Shown here piece after piece: positions 1 through 11,870 of a stretch of 64,000 nt of DNA. A program made the translations under genes and the position numbers. Each line of letters begins with the position of its first letter. The stretch's first letter is position 1. The notes beneath the pieces were generated by a model. The model worked only from the letters and a program-made list of their open reading frames with translations. It made no database searches and had not been told where the DNA came from. Origin of the DNA: Squalus acanthias (taxonomy: Eukaryota); the NCBI GenBank assembly GCA_030390025.1, contig CM059433.1, positions 32,676,001-32,740,000 of the forward strand, given 5' to 3'.

Positions 1-55
1 GTGCAGGCTCGATGGGCCGAAATGGCCTCTATCTGCACTGTGGGGATTCAGTGAT
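1..55 (+). mobile_element. CR1 LINE 3' terminus (partial, window edge)
   Basis: GGCTCGATGGGCCGAAATGGCCTC matches the CR1 3' ends at about 36915-36950 and 27415-27445. Confidence 0.5.
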
Positions 56-561
56 TCAGGTTAGGCCCAACTACAATATTATCACTCTGAGGTAGTTCCA
101 AAGTTCTTTTTCCTTAGGTTTTGGGGGTCTGCAAATTTTGGAAGCCTTACATGTGTCAGCTTTTCCTAGTTTTCTAAATTGGCATGTAGTGTACAAGAAG
201 AATGTTTATTTTTATTTCATCTTGCCTATGTAATGGAATCAGTTAGCAGCTGCCATTAGAAAGTACAAGTGTAAAGTGTCATTTCGAGACTAAACACATT
301 GAGGCACGCTTAACAAGAGATTCTCAAGTGAAAAATCGGGAAAATTAACTCTGACTGCGGGTTATGAAGCTTATTACAAATGATTCTTCACACCAGGAAT
401 GCACTGCAGACACATCATTGAAAGTGTCCTGGTTCGTAATGAAAACTAAGAAACCTTTTAGAGACACTGAACTTCTGTAAGAATATATGACTGCTGCTGC
501 TTTAAATGAAAATGAGAAGTCGCACAACACCAGGTTATAGTCCAACTGTTTTATTTGAAAT

Positions 562-596
562 TACGAGCTTTCGGAGCTCTGCTCCTTCTTCAGGTA
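562..596 (-). ncRNA. Minimal type I hammerhead ribozyme motif in PLE terminal repeat
   Basis: Reverse complement reads TAC-CTGAAGA-A-GGAGC-AGA-GCTCC-GAAA-GCTC-GTA: CUGANGA and GAAA cores, 5-bp helix II, helix I TAC/GTA. Confidence 0.8.
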
Positions 597-815
597 CAGT
601 GAGGGAATATAAATCGATTACACAGTATATATAGACAGAGAACAATGTGTCTGCAGAGATATAATCCATCAGGGAGGCATTACATCAAAGACACATCAGA
701 GTACAGCTAAGACAATGAGATGGGTCACAGGGGGTCCAACGTGTCAAATGCTGCAGTCTGCAGTTAAGCTTTTAACTTTTTCTTAAAAACTGGGAAACCA
801 GACAACGATGTCGAG

Positions 816-2524
816 TCACGTTCTGTAGCGTGACATGAACCCGAGATCCCGGTTGAGGCCGTCCTCATGGGTGCCAGACTTGGCTATCAGTTTCTGCTCG
901 ATGATTTTGCATTGTCGTGTGTCTCGAAGGCCGCCTTAGAGAACGCTAACCCGCAGATCCGAGGCTGAATGTCCTTGACTGCTGAAGTGTTCCCCGACTG
1001 GGAGGTAACAATCCTTCCTGGCGATTGTTGCGCGGTGTCCGTTCATACATTGTCTCAGTGTCTGCATGGTCTCGCCGATGTACCATGCCGCGGTGCATTC
1101 TTTCCTGCAACGTATGAGGTAGACAACGTTGGCCGAGTCACATGAGTATGTACCATGTACCTGGTGGGTAGTGTCCTCACATGTGATGATGGTATCTGTG
1201 TTGATGATCTGGCATGTCTTGCAGAGGTTGCTGTGGCAGGGTTGTGTGGTGTTGTGGTCGCTGTTCTCCTGACAGCTGGGTAATTTGCTGCGAACGATGG
1301 TACTTTTGAGGTTAGGCGGCTGCTTGAAGGCGAGTAGTGGAGGCGTGGGGATGGCCTTAGCAAGGTGTTCATCGTCATCGATGACATGTTGAAGGCTGCT
1401 AAGAACATGGCGTAGTTTCTCTGCTCCGGGGAAGTACTGGACGACGTAGGGTACTCTGTTGGTTGTGTCCCATGTTCGCCTTCTGAGGAGGTCTATGCTA
1501 TTTTTCGCTGTGGCCCGTCGGAACTGTCGATCGACGAGTCGAACGTCATATCCCGTTCTTACGAGGGCGTCTTTCAGCGTCCGTAGGTGTCCATCGCGTT
1601 CCTCCTCGTCTGAGCAGATCCTGTGCATTCGCAGTGCTTGTTCATAGGGGATGGCTTCTTTAACGTGGTTAGGGTGGAAGCTGGAGAAGTGGAGCATCGT
1701 GAAGTTGTCCGTGGGCTTGCGGTAGAGTGAAGTGCTGAGGTGTCTGTCTTTGATGGAGATTCGTGTGTCCAAGAATGAAACCGATTCTGAGGAGTAGTCC
1801 ATGGTGAGTTTGATGGTGGGATGGAACCTGTTGATGTTATCGTGTAGTCCTTTCAGTGATCCTTCACCGTGGGTCCAAAGGAAGAAGATGTCGTCGATGT
1901 ATCTGGTGTACAGCGTTGGTTGGAGGTCCTGTGCAGCGAAGAAGTCTTGCTCGAACTTGTGCATGAAGATGTTGGCATATTGGGGTGCGAATTTGGTCCC
2001 CATGGCTGTTCCGTGTGTTTGGGTAAAAAACTGGTTGTCGAAGGTGAAGACATTGTGGTCAAGGATGAAGCGGATGAGTTGTAGGATGGCGTCTGGAGAT
2101 TGGCTGTTGTTGGTGTTGAGTACTGAGGCTGTCGCAGCGATGCCGTCATCGTGGGGGATACTGGTGTAGAGTGCCGATACGTCCATCGTGGCGAGGAGTG
2201 TTCCTGTTTGAACTGGTCCATGGGTGCTGAGTTTCTGTAAGAAGTCTGTAGTGTCGCGACAGAAGCTGGGGGTTCCCTGTACGATGGGTTTCAGGATGCC
2301 CTCTACGTACCCAGAGAGGCTCTCACACAGGGTTCCGTTGCCTGATACGATAGGACGTCCGGGTGTGTTGGCTTTGTGTATCTTTGGGAGGCAGTAGAAG
2401 TCTCCTACGCGGGGAGTACGTGGGATGAGAGCGCGTAGGATGCTTTGAAGGTCTGGATCGAAGGTCTTGATCAGTCTATTGAGTTGGCGGGTGTGTTCTT
2501 TGGTCGGATCTGCGGGTAACTGTC
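816..2524 (-). pseudogene. PLE reverse transcriptase/GIY-YIG endonuclease, left arm (5'-truncated, premature stop at 936)
   Basis: Motifs LPKIHK, PGRPIVS, MDVSALYTSIP, GTAMG, RYIDD, NVVYLIRC..YIGET; TAA at 936-938 where the right arm has CAA. Confidence 0.92.
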
Positions 2525-3967
2525 GCGACACTACAGACTTCTTACAGAAACTCAGCACCCATGGACCAGTTGAACCAGGAACACTCCTCGCCATGATGGA
2601 CGTATCGGCACTCTACACCAGTATCCCCCACGATGACGGCATCGCTGCGACAGCCTCAGTACTCAACACCAACAACAGCCAATCTCCAGACGCCATCCTA
2701 CAACTCATCCGCTTCATCCTTGACCTACAATGTCTTCACCTTCGACAACCAGTTTTTTACCCAAACACATGGAACAGCCATGGGGACCAAATTCGCACCC
2801 CAATACGCCAACATCTTCATACACAAGTTCGAGCAAGACTTCTTCGCTGCACAGGACCTCCAACCAACGCTGTACACCAGACACATCGACGACATCTTCT
2901 TCCCTTGGACCCACGGCGAAGGATCACTGAAAGGACTACACGATAACATCAACAGGTTCCATCCCACCATCAAACTCACCATGGACTACTCCTCAGAATC
3001 GGTTTCATTCTTGGACACACGAATCTCCATCAAAGACGGACACCTCAGCACTTCACTCTACCGCAAGCCCACGGACAACCTCACGATGCTCCACTTCTCC
3101 AGCTTCTACCCTAACCACATTAAAGAAGCCATCCCCTATGGACAAGCCCTGCGAATACACAGGATCTGCTCAGACGAGGAGGAACGCGATGGACACCTAC
3201 GGACGCTGAAAGACGCCCTCGTAAGAATGGGATATGACGCTCGACTCGTCGATCGACAGTTCCGACGGGCCACAGCGAAAAATCGCATGGACCTCCTCAG
3301 AAGGCGAACACGGGACACAACCAACAGAGTACCCTACGTCGTCCAGTACTTCCCCGGAGCAGAGAAACTACGCCATGTTCTTCGCAGCCTTCAACATGTC
3401 ATCGATGACGACAAACACCTTGCTAAGGCCATCCCCACGTCTCCACTACTCGCCTTCAAGCAGCCGCCTAACCTCAAAAGTACCATCGTTCGCAGCAAAT
3501 TACCCAGCTGTCAGGAGAACAGCGACCACAACACCACACAACCCTGCCACGGCAACCTCTGCAAGACATGCCAGATCATCAACACAGATACCATCATCAC
3601 ACGTGAGGACACTACCCACCAGGTACATGGTACATACTCATGTGACTCGGCCAACGTTGTCTACCTCATACGTTGCAGGAAAGAATGCACCGCGGCATGG
3701 TACATCGGCGAGACCATGCAGACACTGAGACAACGTATGAACGGACACCACGCAACAATCGCCAGGCAGGATTGTTACCTCCCAGTCGGGGAACACTTCA
3801 GCAGTCAAGGACATTCAGCCTCGGATCTGCGGGTTAGCGTTCTCCAAGGCGGCCTTCGAGACACAAGACAACGCAAAATCATCGAGCAGAAACTGATAGC
3901 CAAGTTCGGCACCCATGAGGACGGCCTCAACCGGGATCTCGGGTTCATGTCATGCTACAGAACGTGA
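2521..3967 (+). pseudogene. PLE reverse transcriptase/GIY-YIG endonuclease, right arm (5'-truncated, frameshift near 2726)
   Basis: Same motifs as the left arm; a 1-bp insertion (GACCTACAATG vs GACCACAATG) splits ORFs 2467-2946 and 2633-3967; YIDD reads HIDD; ends with GLNRD motif. Confidence 0.92.
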
Positions 3968-4186
3968 CTCGACATCGTTGTCTGGTTTCCCAGTTTTTAA
4001 AAAAAAGTTAAAAGCTTAACTGCAGACTGCAGCATTTGACACGTTGGACCCCCTGTGACCCACCTCATTGTCTTAGCTGTACTCTGATGTGTCTTTGATG
4101 TAATGCCTCCCTGATGGATTGTATCTCTGCAGACACATTGTTCTCTGTCTATATATACTGTGTAATCGATTTATATTCCCTCACTG

Positions 4187-4221
4187 TACCTGAAGAAGGA
4201 GCAGAGCTCTGAAAGCTCGTA
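4187..4221 (+). ncRNA. Minimal type I hammerhead ribozyme motif in PLE terminal repeat
   Basis: TAC-CTGAAGA-A-GGAGC-AGA-GCTCT-GAAA-GCTC-GTA; helix II closes with a G-U pair. Confidence 0.78.
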
Positions 4222-4345
4222 ATTTCAAATAAAACTGTTGGACTATAACCTGGTGTTGTGCGACTTCTCATTTTTGTCCACCCCAGTCCAACACCGGCAT
4301 CTCCGCATCATGACTGCTTTAAATGAAGATTGAGCTGAAATCATT

Positions 4346-5067
4346 GGCCCGGATATTCTGATCCCTACGGGTGTGTACGTGCTGCGTACCCACCCGTAGG
4401 GACATCGGAAATGCCGGTTTCAAGCATGCACAGCGCATGCGCTGAAAACCGGCATTTCCGATCTGTTAAGAATGGTCTTGACAGATCCTCTGGCTGCCCT
4501 GGAGAAGGGCCTCTGCGGGTAGATAGTTCCGCTTTTTGGAGACCCTCCACCCGCAGAAAACCCGTACAAATCTTACGCCTGGTAAAGGCCTGCTTTTACC
4601 AGGATAAGAGTTTAAAAAAGTTAAAAAAAAATAAAATTCACTGATTTATCATTTAAAAATACTTTAAAAAAAGGTAAGTTTATTTTTAGCCCCGTAAAAA
4701 ACTTTAATTATTTTTTTCAAAAAGTTAAATTTTTGTTTAAAATACTTAATTTATTGTAATTTCAAGTCATTTTAAAAATGTGATGTTTTTTAAAATTTAT
4801 TTAAAGTTTTACTATGTTTTTCATTGATCTCCATTCATATATTTGACAGGAGATTCCCTTCTGTGATTGGCTCCCCATGGCCCACGTGATCCCAGGGACG
4901 CTGTGAACTACTTGCGCCTCTGGGATACGTGGGCCCTGTGCACTTCAAGTTTGGTGAGGCCCAGTAGCTGAAGCGTGTGCGTCCCGGGAGCCCTCAGGTA
5001 AGGGCGTAGATTTTTCCAGATTGCAGGCCTCCGCCAGCGGGAGGCCTGCGATCGGAAAATACGGGCC
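4346..5067. mobile_element. Non-autonomous PIF/Harbinger-type MITE
   Basis: Imperfect TIR GGCCCGGATATTCTGATC / GATCGGAAAATACGGGCC; 3-bp TSD ATT; same family as 16268-17030. Confidence 0.75.
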
Positions 5068-5169
5068 ATTATGTTAAGACCTACAGTAGATATCTCTATC
5101 CCTTGCCACCGTTGTTCATTGATTGGAAATTCTGTCTACGGGAGTACTTGACCAGCTGCTGCACAAAGA

Positions 5170-5670
5170 AGAGCGAATATTACTGCCTTGCAACTTATGA
5201 ATCAACTAATATTCATAGCACAGATCTGATTTGTATGTTTGTGGAGTACTTCACTGTTGAGCAATTCAATGAAGGTTGGCTATACCTAATTCCAATATGA
5301 AGCAGAATGAGAGGACAAGATATCTTCGATACTCTGTTCAAATTCTTGGACGTGCACAGGATTGACATGTATTGCATTGACTCTCTTATCACACACGGTG
5401 CACCATATATTGTCGGACATGACAAGAGACTATTTAAGAGACTGAGGGAATTCAATGCTGATTTTATTGTCTATCACTACATTCTGCATCAGGCATCTCT
5501 ATTTCAATCACTAACTTTCGAAATTCAAAAACCCAGTGAATCATCTGAAGTCAGACTCTGCCATCCAGGAAGCATCACTTGAGTCTGATGTCCTCACACA
5601 TGACAATGACGGTTTAATCTAAAATGTTTGAGGGCATATCACCAAGGTACTTTTGCATTCCTGGCAAGTC
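5170..5670 (+). pseudogene. Degraded hAT transposase fragment (Charlie/SPIN/GTF2IRD2-like)
   Basis: LATYESTNIHSTDLICMFVEY resembles LALDESTD..AQL.IFVRY; also RGQDIF, ITHGAPYIVG (TDGAPAM.G) and HYILHQASL (HCIIHQEAL). Confidence 0.7.
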
Positions 5671-6297
5671 TCCAAGAACCAAAAGCAGCAGCTTTTATAG
5701 ACATTTTTTTTCTGTTCCTCGCAGACATTTAACTGACCTGAATCCAGGAGGGCTCCAAGGAAAAGGCAGAAAAGATTGTCAATCTGTTCCACATCTGCTT
5801 TGCATTTGAAAGGCAAATGTGTTTGGACCCCGATAAGGCATTCAAAAATTGCCAGCAAGTGTCGCTTCCACAACATGACTTCGCAGCCAATCGCACTTTC
5901 TTGGGTTGCTGATTTTTTTCACGGTATTGTTCTGCTGTTCCAGTTCTTCCGTATGGAACTCGAGCGCAAATAAGTAACGACTGAGCTCAATAAGCACAGC
6001 AACATCTTTGTCTGATGAATCACCATCAGACATTTCATGTGGAACAGAGTTCGAAGGGGGGCAATAGGTGGGGCATCTGCTCTGCTCTGCTCGCCTGCTC
6101 AGTGACATTGGCAGGAAGCTCGATCAATTGTTGTAATTGGGCCTCATTTAAATATAGGGGGTGAGCTGCTAGCATTAATCCCGCTGTTTATAGGTAATTT
6201 TCCGTTCAGGAGAGTGGCAATTCTGACTGGCCTGCTGACTCTAAAGCCAGCCAGCAGCTGATGAGTGGGCCGCGTGCTACTGAGTCAGTAGGCAGAA

Positions 6298-6520
6298 TGA
6301 CCACTGACAGGGCACCCCGACTTTCAGATGCTGCCATGGAGGTCCTCGTGGAACAAATGAAGCCCAGGCGGGAGGTCACCTTTCCTTCAGATGGGCGACA
6401 GGTGCCCCAGCCCATTGGCCAGAGGGAGTTGGTTGGGCAAGTCAATACCAGCAGCACAGTTCCTAGGATCTAGCTGAAATGTGGGAAGAAATGTAATGAC
6501 CTTACCAGGACTGCCAAGGT
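6298..6520 (+). pseudogene. Harbinger Myb/SANT-like DNA-binding ORF remnant
   Basis: RAPRLSDAAMEVLVEQMKPRREVTFPSDGR...VPRI*LKCGKKCNDL; homologous to the ORF at 9468-9705. Confidence 0.7.
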
Positions 6521-7430
6521 TAAAGTCCTCTTCACATCTCTTTTTCACTCTAGACAACCCTGAAATGACAGGCTCCAGTGCCAGCACTATCAATACTTCC
6601 CTCCCTTGCTTCACAAGCCTCACCTCCAATTACAATGAGACACGTCACGACAACTCTTTCTGTTTGCACTCATTATAGCCTCACTATGATTTCCCTCTCT
6701 TGGCCACAGTTGTTGCTTCTTCCTCTCAGTATGCAAATATGCTAAACTGCCTCACTTATTTTCACAACCCTTCAACAGGGCTCAACCAACTTACTCGCAC
6801 TCCTCTTGCAGGAGAAACTGGCACACCATTAGAGGACAACCTGAAGAACAGAAGGATGTCCTGCCACATTGCAAACTTTGACTCCAATGGAGGACCCCAC
6901 CATCAACATCATTGGCACAGAGGTTTCGCTCAGCATCGGAGGCCACGCACAGCAAGGTGTTTGTGCTTTTTCCCTTTCTTTAGTTGACCCGCGGATCTGA
7001 TTGTGGCAAAGTTCTGCTTCCAAGCATGGACTATAGAGGGGAGTCATGAGCCAAGTGTGCAGGAGATTGGTCTTGTCCCCAAACGGCCAACATCTTAACT
7101 GTGCAGGGGCAAATAGTTGGGTGGGGAGGAATTGGAGGTTTGGCGCAATACAAAAGCATCATAGCAACTGCCAGGAATGTGTGCACAGACCGGCATAGTG
7201 TACTGCTGGTGATCACGCACCAGTCGCACTTTAATGGAGTGGTAGCACTTGCGATGGATGAAAACAGCAAACTCATCTGAAGGAGTCCAGAGTAACATGG
7301 GTGCAGTCAGTGAAGCCCTGAACTTGGGGGAAGCCAGCAGTCTGACTGAACCCCAGCCTCCAAGCCTGTTGTTTCCCGTTGTCCATGGGGAATGTGATGG
7401 AAGTGTTTGCTTCAGCCAACCTGGCCTCAG

Positions 7431-7709
7431 TCAACTGTAAAATACAAACATGATCTGCTGGCTGACTGATGTTGCAGGTATCCCCGGTTCAGCCTGGAAA
7501 GAGCTGTAGGCCAAGAATTCCAGAGCTGCAATGACTTTGACTGCAACAGGCAATGCAGTGCCGGCTGTGGCCCGTGAGTTGCTGGTCTTGCTGCAGGAGG
7601 CAACACAAATCTGTGAATGCCCACCAGGGAAGTACAGCTGACTTATACACGTATCCTCAGAGCAGTGCAGGCACGCGATACTGGGCCTGTAGACACTGTT
7701 GTGAGGCAA
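7431..7709 (-). pseudogene. Harbinger (HARBI1-like) transposase N-terminal remnant
   Basis: VYRP...SEDTCISQLYF and ALPVAVKVIAALEFLAYSSFQ are typical of the Harbinger transposase N-terminus; convergent with the Myb ORF. Confidence 0.65.
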
Positions 7710-8139
7710 AGGATTCCTGCAAACCTGGCTCCTTCTAGCTGGTCACCCTGCAGCTCCAGCTGCACTCAGTAAAACCAAGTCTACATGCGGTCTAACAGGC
7801 GGTCCTAGGCCGCAACAACTAGTTAAGATTTTGAAATATACTCAGCTGAATGTGCAGCCAGGAGGAGCAGGAGAGCACATTCAAAGAATGCAGGCCACTG
7901 TTGGCTACCACTCCCCCGCCCCGATCGCTGCCATTATCTCCCCTCCTCCCCTGGCCACCAATACCTCCTGATCCAGTTGCCGCCCTCCACCCCCCACTTT
8001 CAAGTCCCCTAATACCCCTTACCTGAGAGCCACTCCTGGCTTCAAGGTGACCCGATCTTCCATCCCGCTTTACGGGCAAGCTGCCTGTTACCATCTGCAG
8101 TTCGCCTACCCGATGATAATGAGGCCCGAGGCCAATACC

Positions 8140-8815
8140 CTTTGTGCTTCCTGAGATCACCCCTGAACAGCCTAGCTCTAATTTTAATGATATTGCCCCT
8201 TTTTCTGGATTCCCCCACCAGAGGAAATAGTTGTTCTCTTTCTATCCTATCAAATCCTTTAAACATCTTAAACACCTCAATTAGATCACCCCTTGATCTT
8301 CTATACTCAAGTGAATACAAGCCTAGTCTACGCAACCTGTCCTCATAACTTAACCCTTTAAGCCGCAGTATCATGCTGATGAATCTGCGCTGCAACCCCC
8401 TCCTAGTCCAATATATCCTTCCTGAGGTGCGGTGCCCAGAACTGGATGCAGCGCTCCAGATGGGGTCCCACCAGAGCTCTGTACAGCTGTAACATAACTT
8501 CTACCCCTTTGTAATCCAGCCCTCTTGAGATAAAGGCCAACATTCCATTAGACTTTAAAATTATTTTTGTACCTGTCCATTAGCATTTAGTGATTTCTAT
8601 ACTTGGACCCCTAAATCGCTCTGCTCATCTACAGTTCCTAGCTTCTCACCATTTAGAAAATACTCTGATATATCTTTCTCAGGTCCAAAGTGGATAACTT
8701 CATATTGAACTCCATCTGCCCACTCACTCAATCTATCAATGTCCCTTTGCAATTTTTTGCTCCCATTTACGCTACTGTGCCGCCTAACTTAGTGTCATCA
8801 ACAAACTTAGATATC
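8140..8815 (-). mobile_element. CR1 LINE ORF2 3' fragment
   Basis: QRRFISMILRLKGLSYEDRLRRLGLYSLEYRRSRGDLIEVFK. Confidence 0.85.
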
Positions 8816-8835
8816 TAGTACTGCACTGCCCTGGA

Positions 8836-11010
8836 GTATCAGCCGTGGCTTAGTTAGTACCACCCTCGCCTCTGAGTCAGAAGGTTGTGAGTTCAACTCA
8901 CAGAGACTTAAGCACAAAAATCTAGGCTGACACTCCAGTGCAGTACTGAGGGAGTACTGCACTGTTAGAGGTGCCGTCTTTTGGGTGAGACTTTAAATGC
9001 AAGGCCCCGTGTGCTCTCTCAGGTGGACGTAAAAGATCCCATGGCGCTATTTTGAAGAAGAGCAGGGGAGTTCTCCCCGGTGTCCTAGCCAATATTTATC
9101 CTTCAATCAACATTATCACATTGCTGTTTGTGGGAACTTGCTGTGTGCAAATTGGCTGCTGCATTTCTTACATTACAACAGTGGCTATGGCCACGATTTC
9201 GCTGACCTCGGCGGGCACATGGCAGACAACATCGGTGGCGGGTCCCGACCCCGCTGCTGGCTTCAGCCACTGTCTGAAATGAATTTACCTTGATAGGGCT
9301 TGTTAAGCCTGCCCAATGCGTTTCCCGGCCAATTAGAGTAAGCGGGTCTGTTTACGTCATTTGATGACGCATCATCAGCCGGTTTCCTTAAAGGGACCAT
9401 GTCCAAATTTATTTGACATTCGTTCTGTCAGTGTTCTGTAGCATTGAGGTGCTGCAAACACTGACAATGACTGCACAGAGGTGCAGGGCTGCACCCAGGC
9501 TCTCCCATGACTCCCTCCATATGCTTATGGAGGGAGTCGCAACACACAGGGAGGTCCTCTTCCCTTCCCATGGGCGGAAGAGACCTCACCAGGAGATCAA
9601 CACAGCCTGGTTGCTCATAGCAGAGGAGGGCACAAGCAGGGATGTGGTTAGGAGGACCTGGGTGCAGTGGCGCAAACATTTCAATGATCTCAGTAGATCA
9701 CGAAACGTTAGTACAAAGCCACATTCAAACTCATCCTGCTGTGCCTCTCATCACATCCCCATCATTCTGCCTTCCCTAATCTACTCCTGCACATCCTTAC
9801 TCACACCAACTTACCTTGCACCTCCGCCCATCCCTCTCTCTTTATCTATATTATCACATTCCCATCTCACTAGCCACCCCTCACAATCACCCTCATACTA
9901 GTCTAATCATACCTACTAACAACACACGAGGGTAGGCACTTGAGTGTTTTATGCAATGTCCATATAAAGTTTCTGTTAATATGGTGTCAAACATTGAAAC
10001 CTTTATTTTCAACATTTTGCATTCTTGAACAAATTTGTGTGCACCTTTGGAAGTGGCTTAGTGAATTGTAGTGAATGGTGAGACATAACCTGCAATGGTG
10101 ATGAGTGCAAAAGGAATGGCTTGGGCAATGTAGGGATGTTTTATAGTGTTGGTGTGGGGTGGTGCCAACCTGGCGCATCATGTGGCAGCCATGGTGTACA
10201 GCATCAAGTGAAGTAAATCTGGCCATGGTGAGGCCATCTCTGGCCTCCCGGGCAGCAATGTGGTCAGGTGCTGATGCTCTCTGTCCTGTGCAGCATCAAT
10301 TGATTGCGGGGAAGTTTTTTGTTGTTGTTGGTGCTGCTGGTGTTGGGGTTGATCGTAGTGGGATTCTGAGGACTAAGGTGAGAGAGTATAAAGGGCACCC
10401 ATGCTGATGGAATAGATGGCAGGTGAAGTAGAGAAGACAGAAGCGATCTGTCAATGGTGAGAGAGGTAATGAGCTCAGACTGGATGGAGACTTGTGTAAG
10501 GACTTGCAACATGGTGAATCTCTTGTGAAATTGCAGTGAGGAAGAGCTTGTGGCTGAGGGAAGTTATCCCTGTAAGGTGGGAGCTTTTCCTTGACATTTG
10601 AAGCTGTCAACTCATCAGCTGATTCAATGGCCACTGACCTCCCACCTCAGCTTCACAGACGTGGTCTAACAACAGCGTGAAACATGTGGGTGAGCTGTCA
10701 AATGCAAAAGGTAAGTTTAAAACCATTGTTAAGTGTCTGTAAACAAGCCACTAATCATTTAAATTTGCTCCCCCGCCGCTGCCAGCTCAGTGCTGGCAGA
10801 CCCGACATCGGGAAATGCAAGTGTGCGTGATTTGACAGTGGGTTTCCGACCCGCTGTCAATCAATTCACATTTCACTGCTGACCCGCCACCGATCCCATC
10901 CGCTGAGCACCAGCAAAATTCCAGCCTACACTTCAAAAAGTACTTAATTGGCTGTAATGCACTTTGCGACGTCCGGTGGTCATGAAAGACGCTATATAAA
11001 TGCAAGTCCT
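8836..11010 (+). mobile_element. tRNA-headed Deu-domain SINE (SacSINE1/AmnSINE1-like), split by a Harbinger insertion
   Basis: tRNA-like head; CAGTACTGAGGGAGT...GGTGCCGTCTTT...AAAGATCCCATGGC Deu-like body; resumes at 10927 with tail GACGCTATATAAATGCAAGT. Confidence 0.75.
9189..10926. mobile_element. Harbinger deletion derivative with Myb/SANT exon
   Basis: Imperfect TIR GGCCACGATTTCGCTG / CAGCAAAATTCCAGCC; TSD TAT/TAC; ORF RAAPRLSHDSL...AWLLIAEE...RTWVQWRKHFNDL at about 9468-9705. Confidence 0.75.
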
Positions 11011-11014
11011 TCTC

Positions 11015-11375
11015 TCTTTCTTATATACAACTCTCTATTCCTTCATTCAAGTCATTTATAAATATAGTGAGAAGCTGAGGCCCCTGTACAGATCTCTGGA
11101 GGACACCATTACTTAATTCCTGTCAATTTGAGTACATACTCATTATCCCTACTCTGTCTCCCACCACCTAACCAATTCCCTATCCAAGCCAATAGGTTTC
11201 CTCCATTTCCATATGCTCTCATTTTTGTTAACAGTCACTTATGAGTTACTTTGTCGAATGCCTTCTGGAAGTCCATATAAAAGGCATCCATAGAACCCTC
11301 CTTTTCAAGTCTATGCCATCTGTCCCCATAATTTAATAGTTTCTCTGTATCTACCCTATTGAATCCCTTTATAAG
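11015..11375 (-). mobile_element. CR1 RT fragment
   Basis: Minus strand encodes YMDFQKAFDKVTH and a GVLQRSVQGP-like motif; probably continues 8140-8815. Confidence 0.65.
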
Positions 11376-11504
11376 GAGGATAGATATACTCAATGATCCA
11401 ACAAGAGTTAGGAATGTTCTCTAATTGAATTATTAAATGCTTCCCCTACATTTCTTTAGAGTTGCACTAAAACCTCGCACAGTCAAACTAATGAAAGATA
11501 AAAA

Positions 11505-11870
11505 GAAATTGCATTTCTATAGCGCCTTTCACAACCTCGATACATTCCAAAGCGCTTTACAGCCAATTAAGTACTTTTGAGATGTAGTCACTGTTGTAAT
11601 GTAGGAAACACAGCAGCCAAATTGCTCACAGCAAGCTCCCACAAACAGCAATGTGATAATGAGCAGTAAATCTATTTTAGCAATATTGGTTGAAGGATAA
11701 ATGTTGGCCAGGAGAATTCCCCTGCTCTTCGTCGCAATAGTGCCATGGGATCTTTTATATTCACCTAAGAGGGCAGACGGGTCTTTGGTTTAATATCTCA
11801 TCCAAAAGACGGCACCTCCAACAGTGCAGCACTCCCACATTACTCAAATGAAGTATCAGCCAGATTCTTG
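11505..11870 (-). mobile_element. Deu-domain SINE, partial
   Basis: Reverse-complement similarity to 8836-9188 and 10927-11010. Confidence 0.75.

Larger units (their letters stand above)
511..4310. mobile_element. Penelope-like element (RT + GIY-YIG), two 5'-truncated copies fused head-to-head as an inverted repeat
   Basis: About 509-2261 is the reverse complement of about 2521-4274; the right arm has an extra ~36-bp tail; flanking direct repeat CTGCTTTAAATGAA at 497-510 and 4314-4327. Confidence 0.93.

Noticed and set aside
2467..2594. N-termini of ORFs 936-2594 and 2467-2946 as real starts of an intact PLE protein
   Set aside because: They read through the inversion junction into the antisense of the other arm; both copies are truncated and disabled
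5170..9901. Host genes GTF2IRD2, HARBI1, NAIF1 or MSANTD
   Set aside because: The fragments carry stops, frameshifts or TIR context and look like transposon relics rather than domesticated genes
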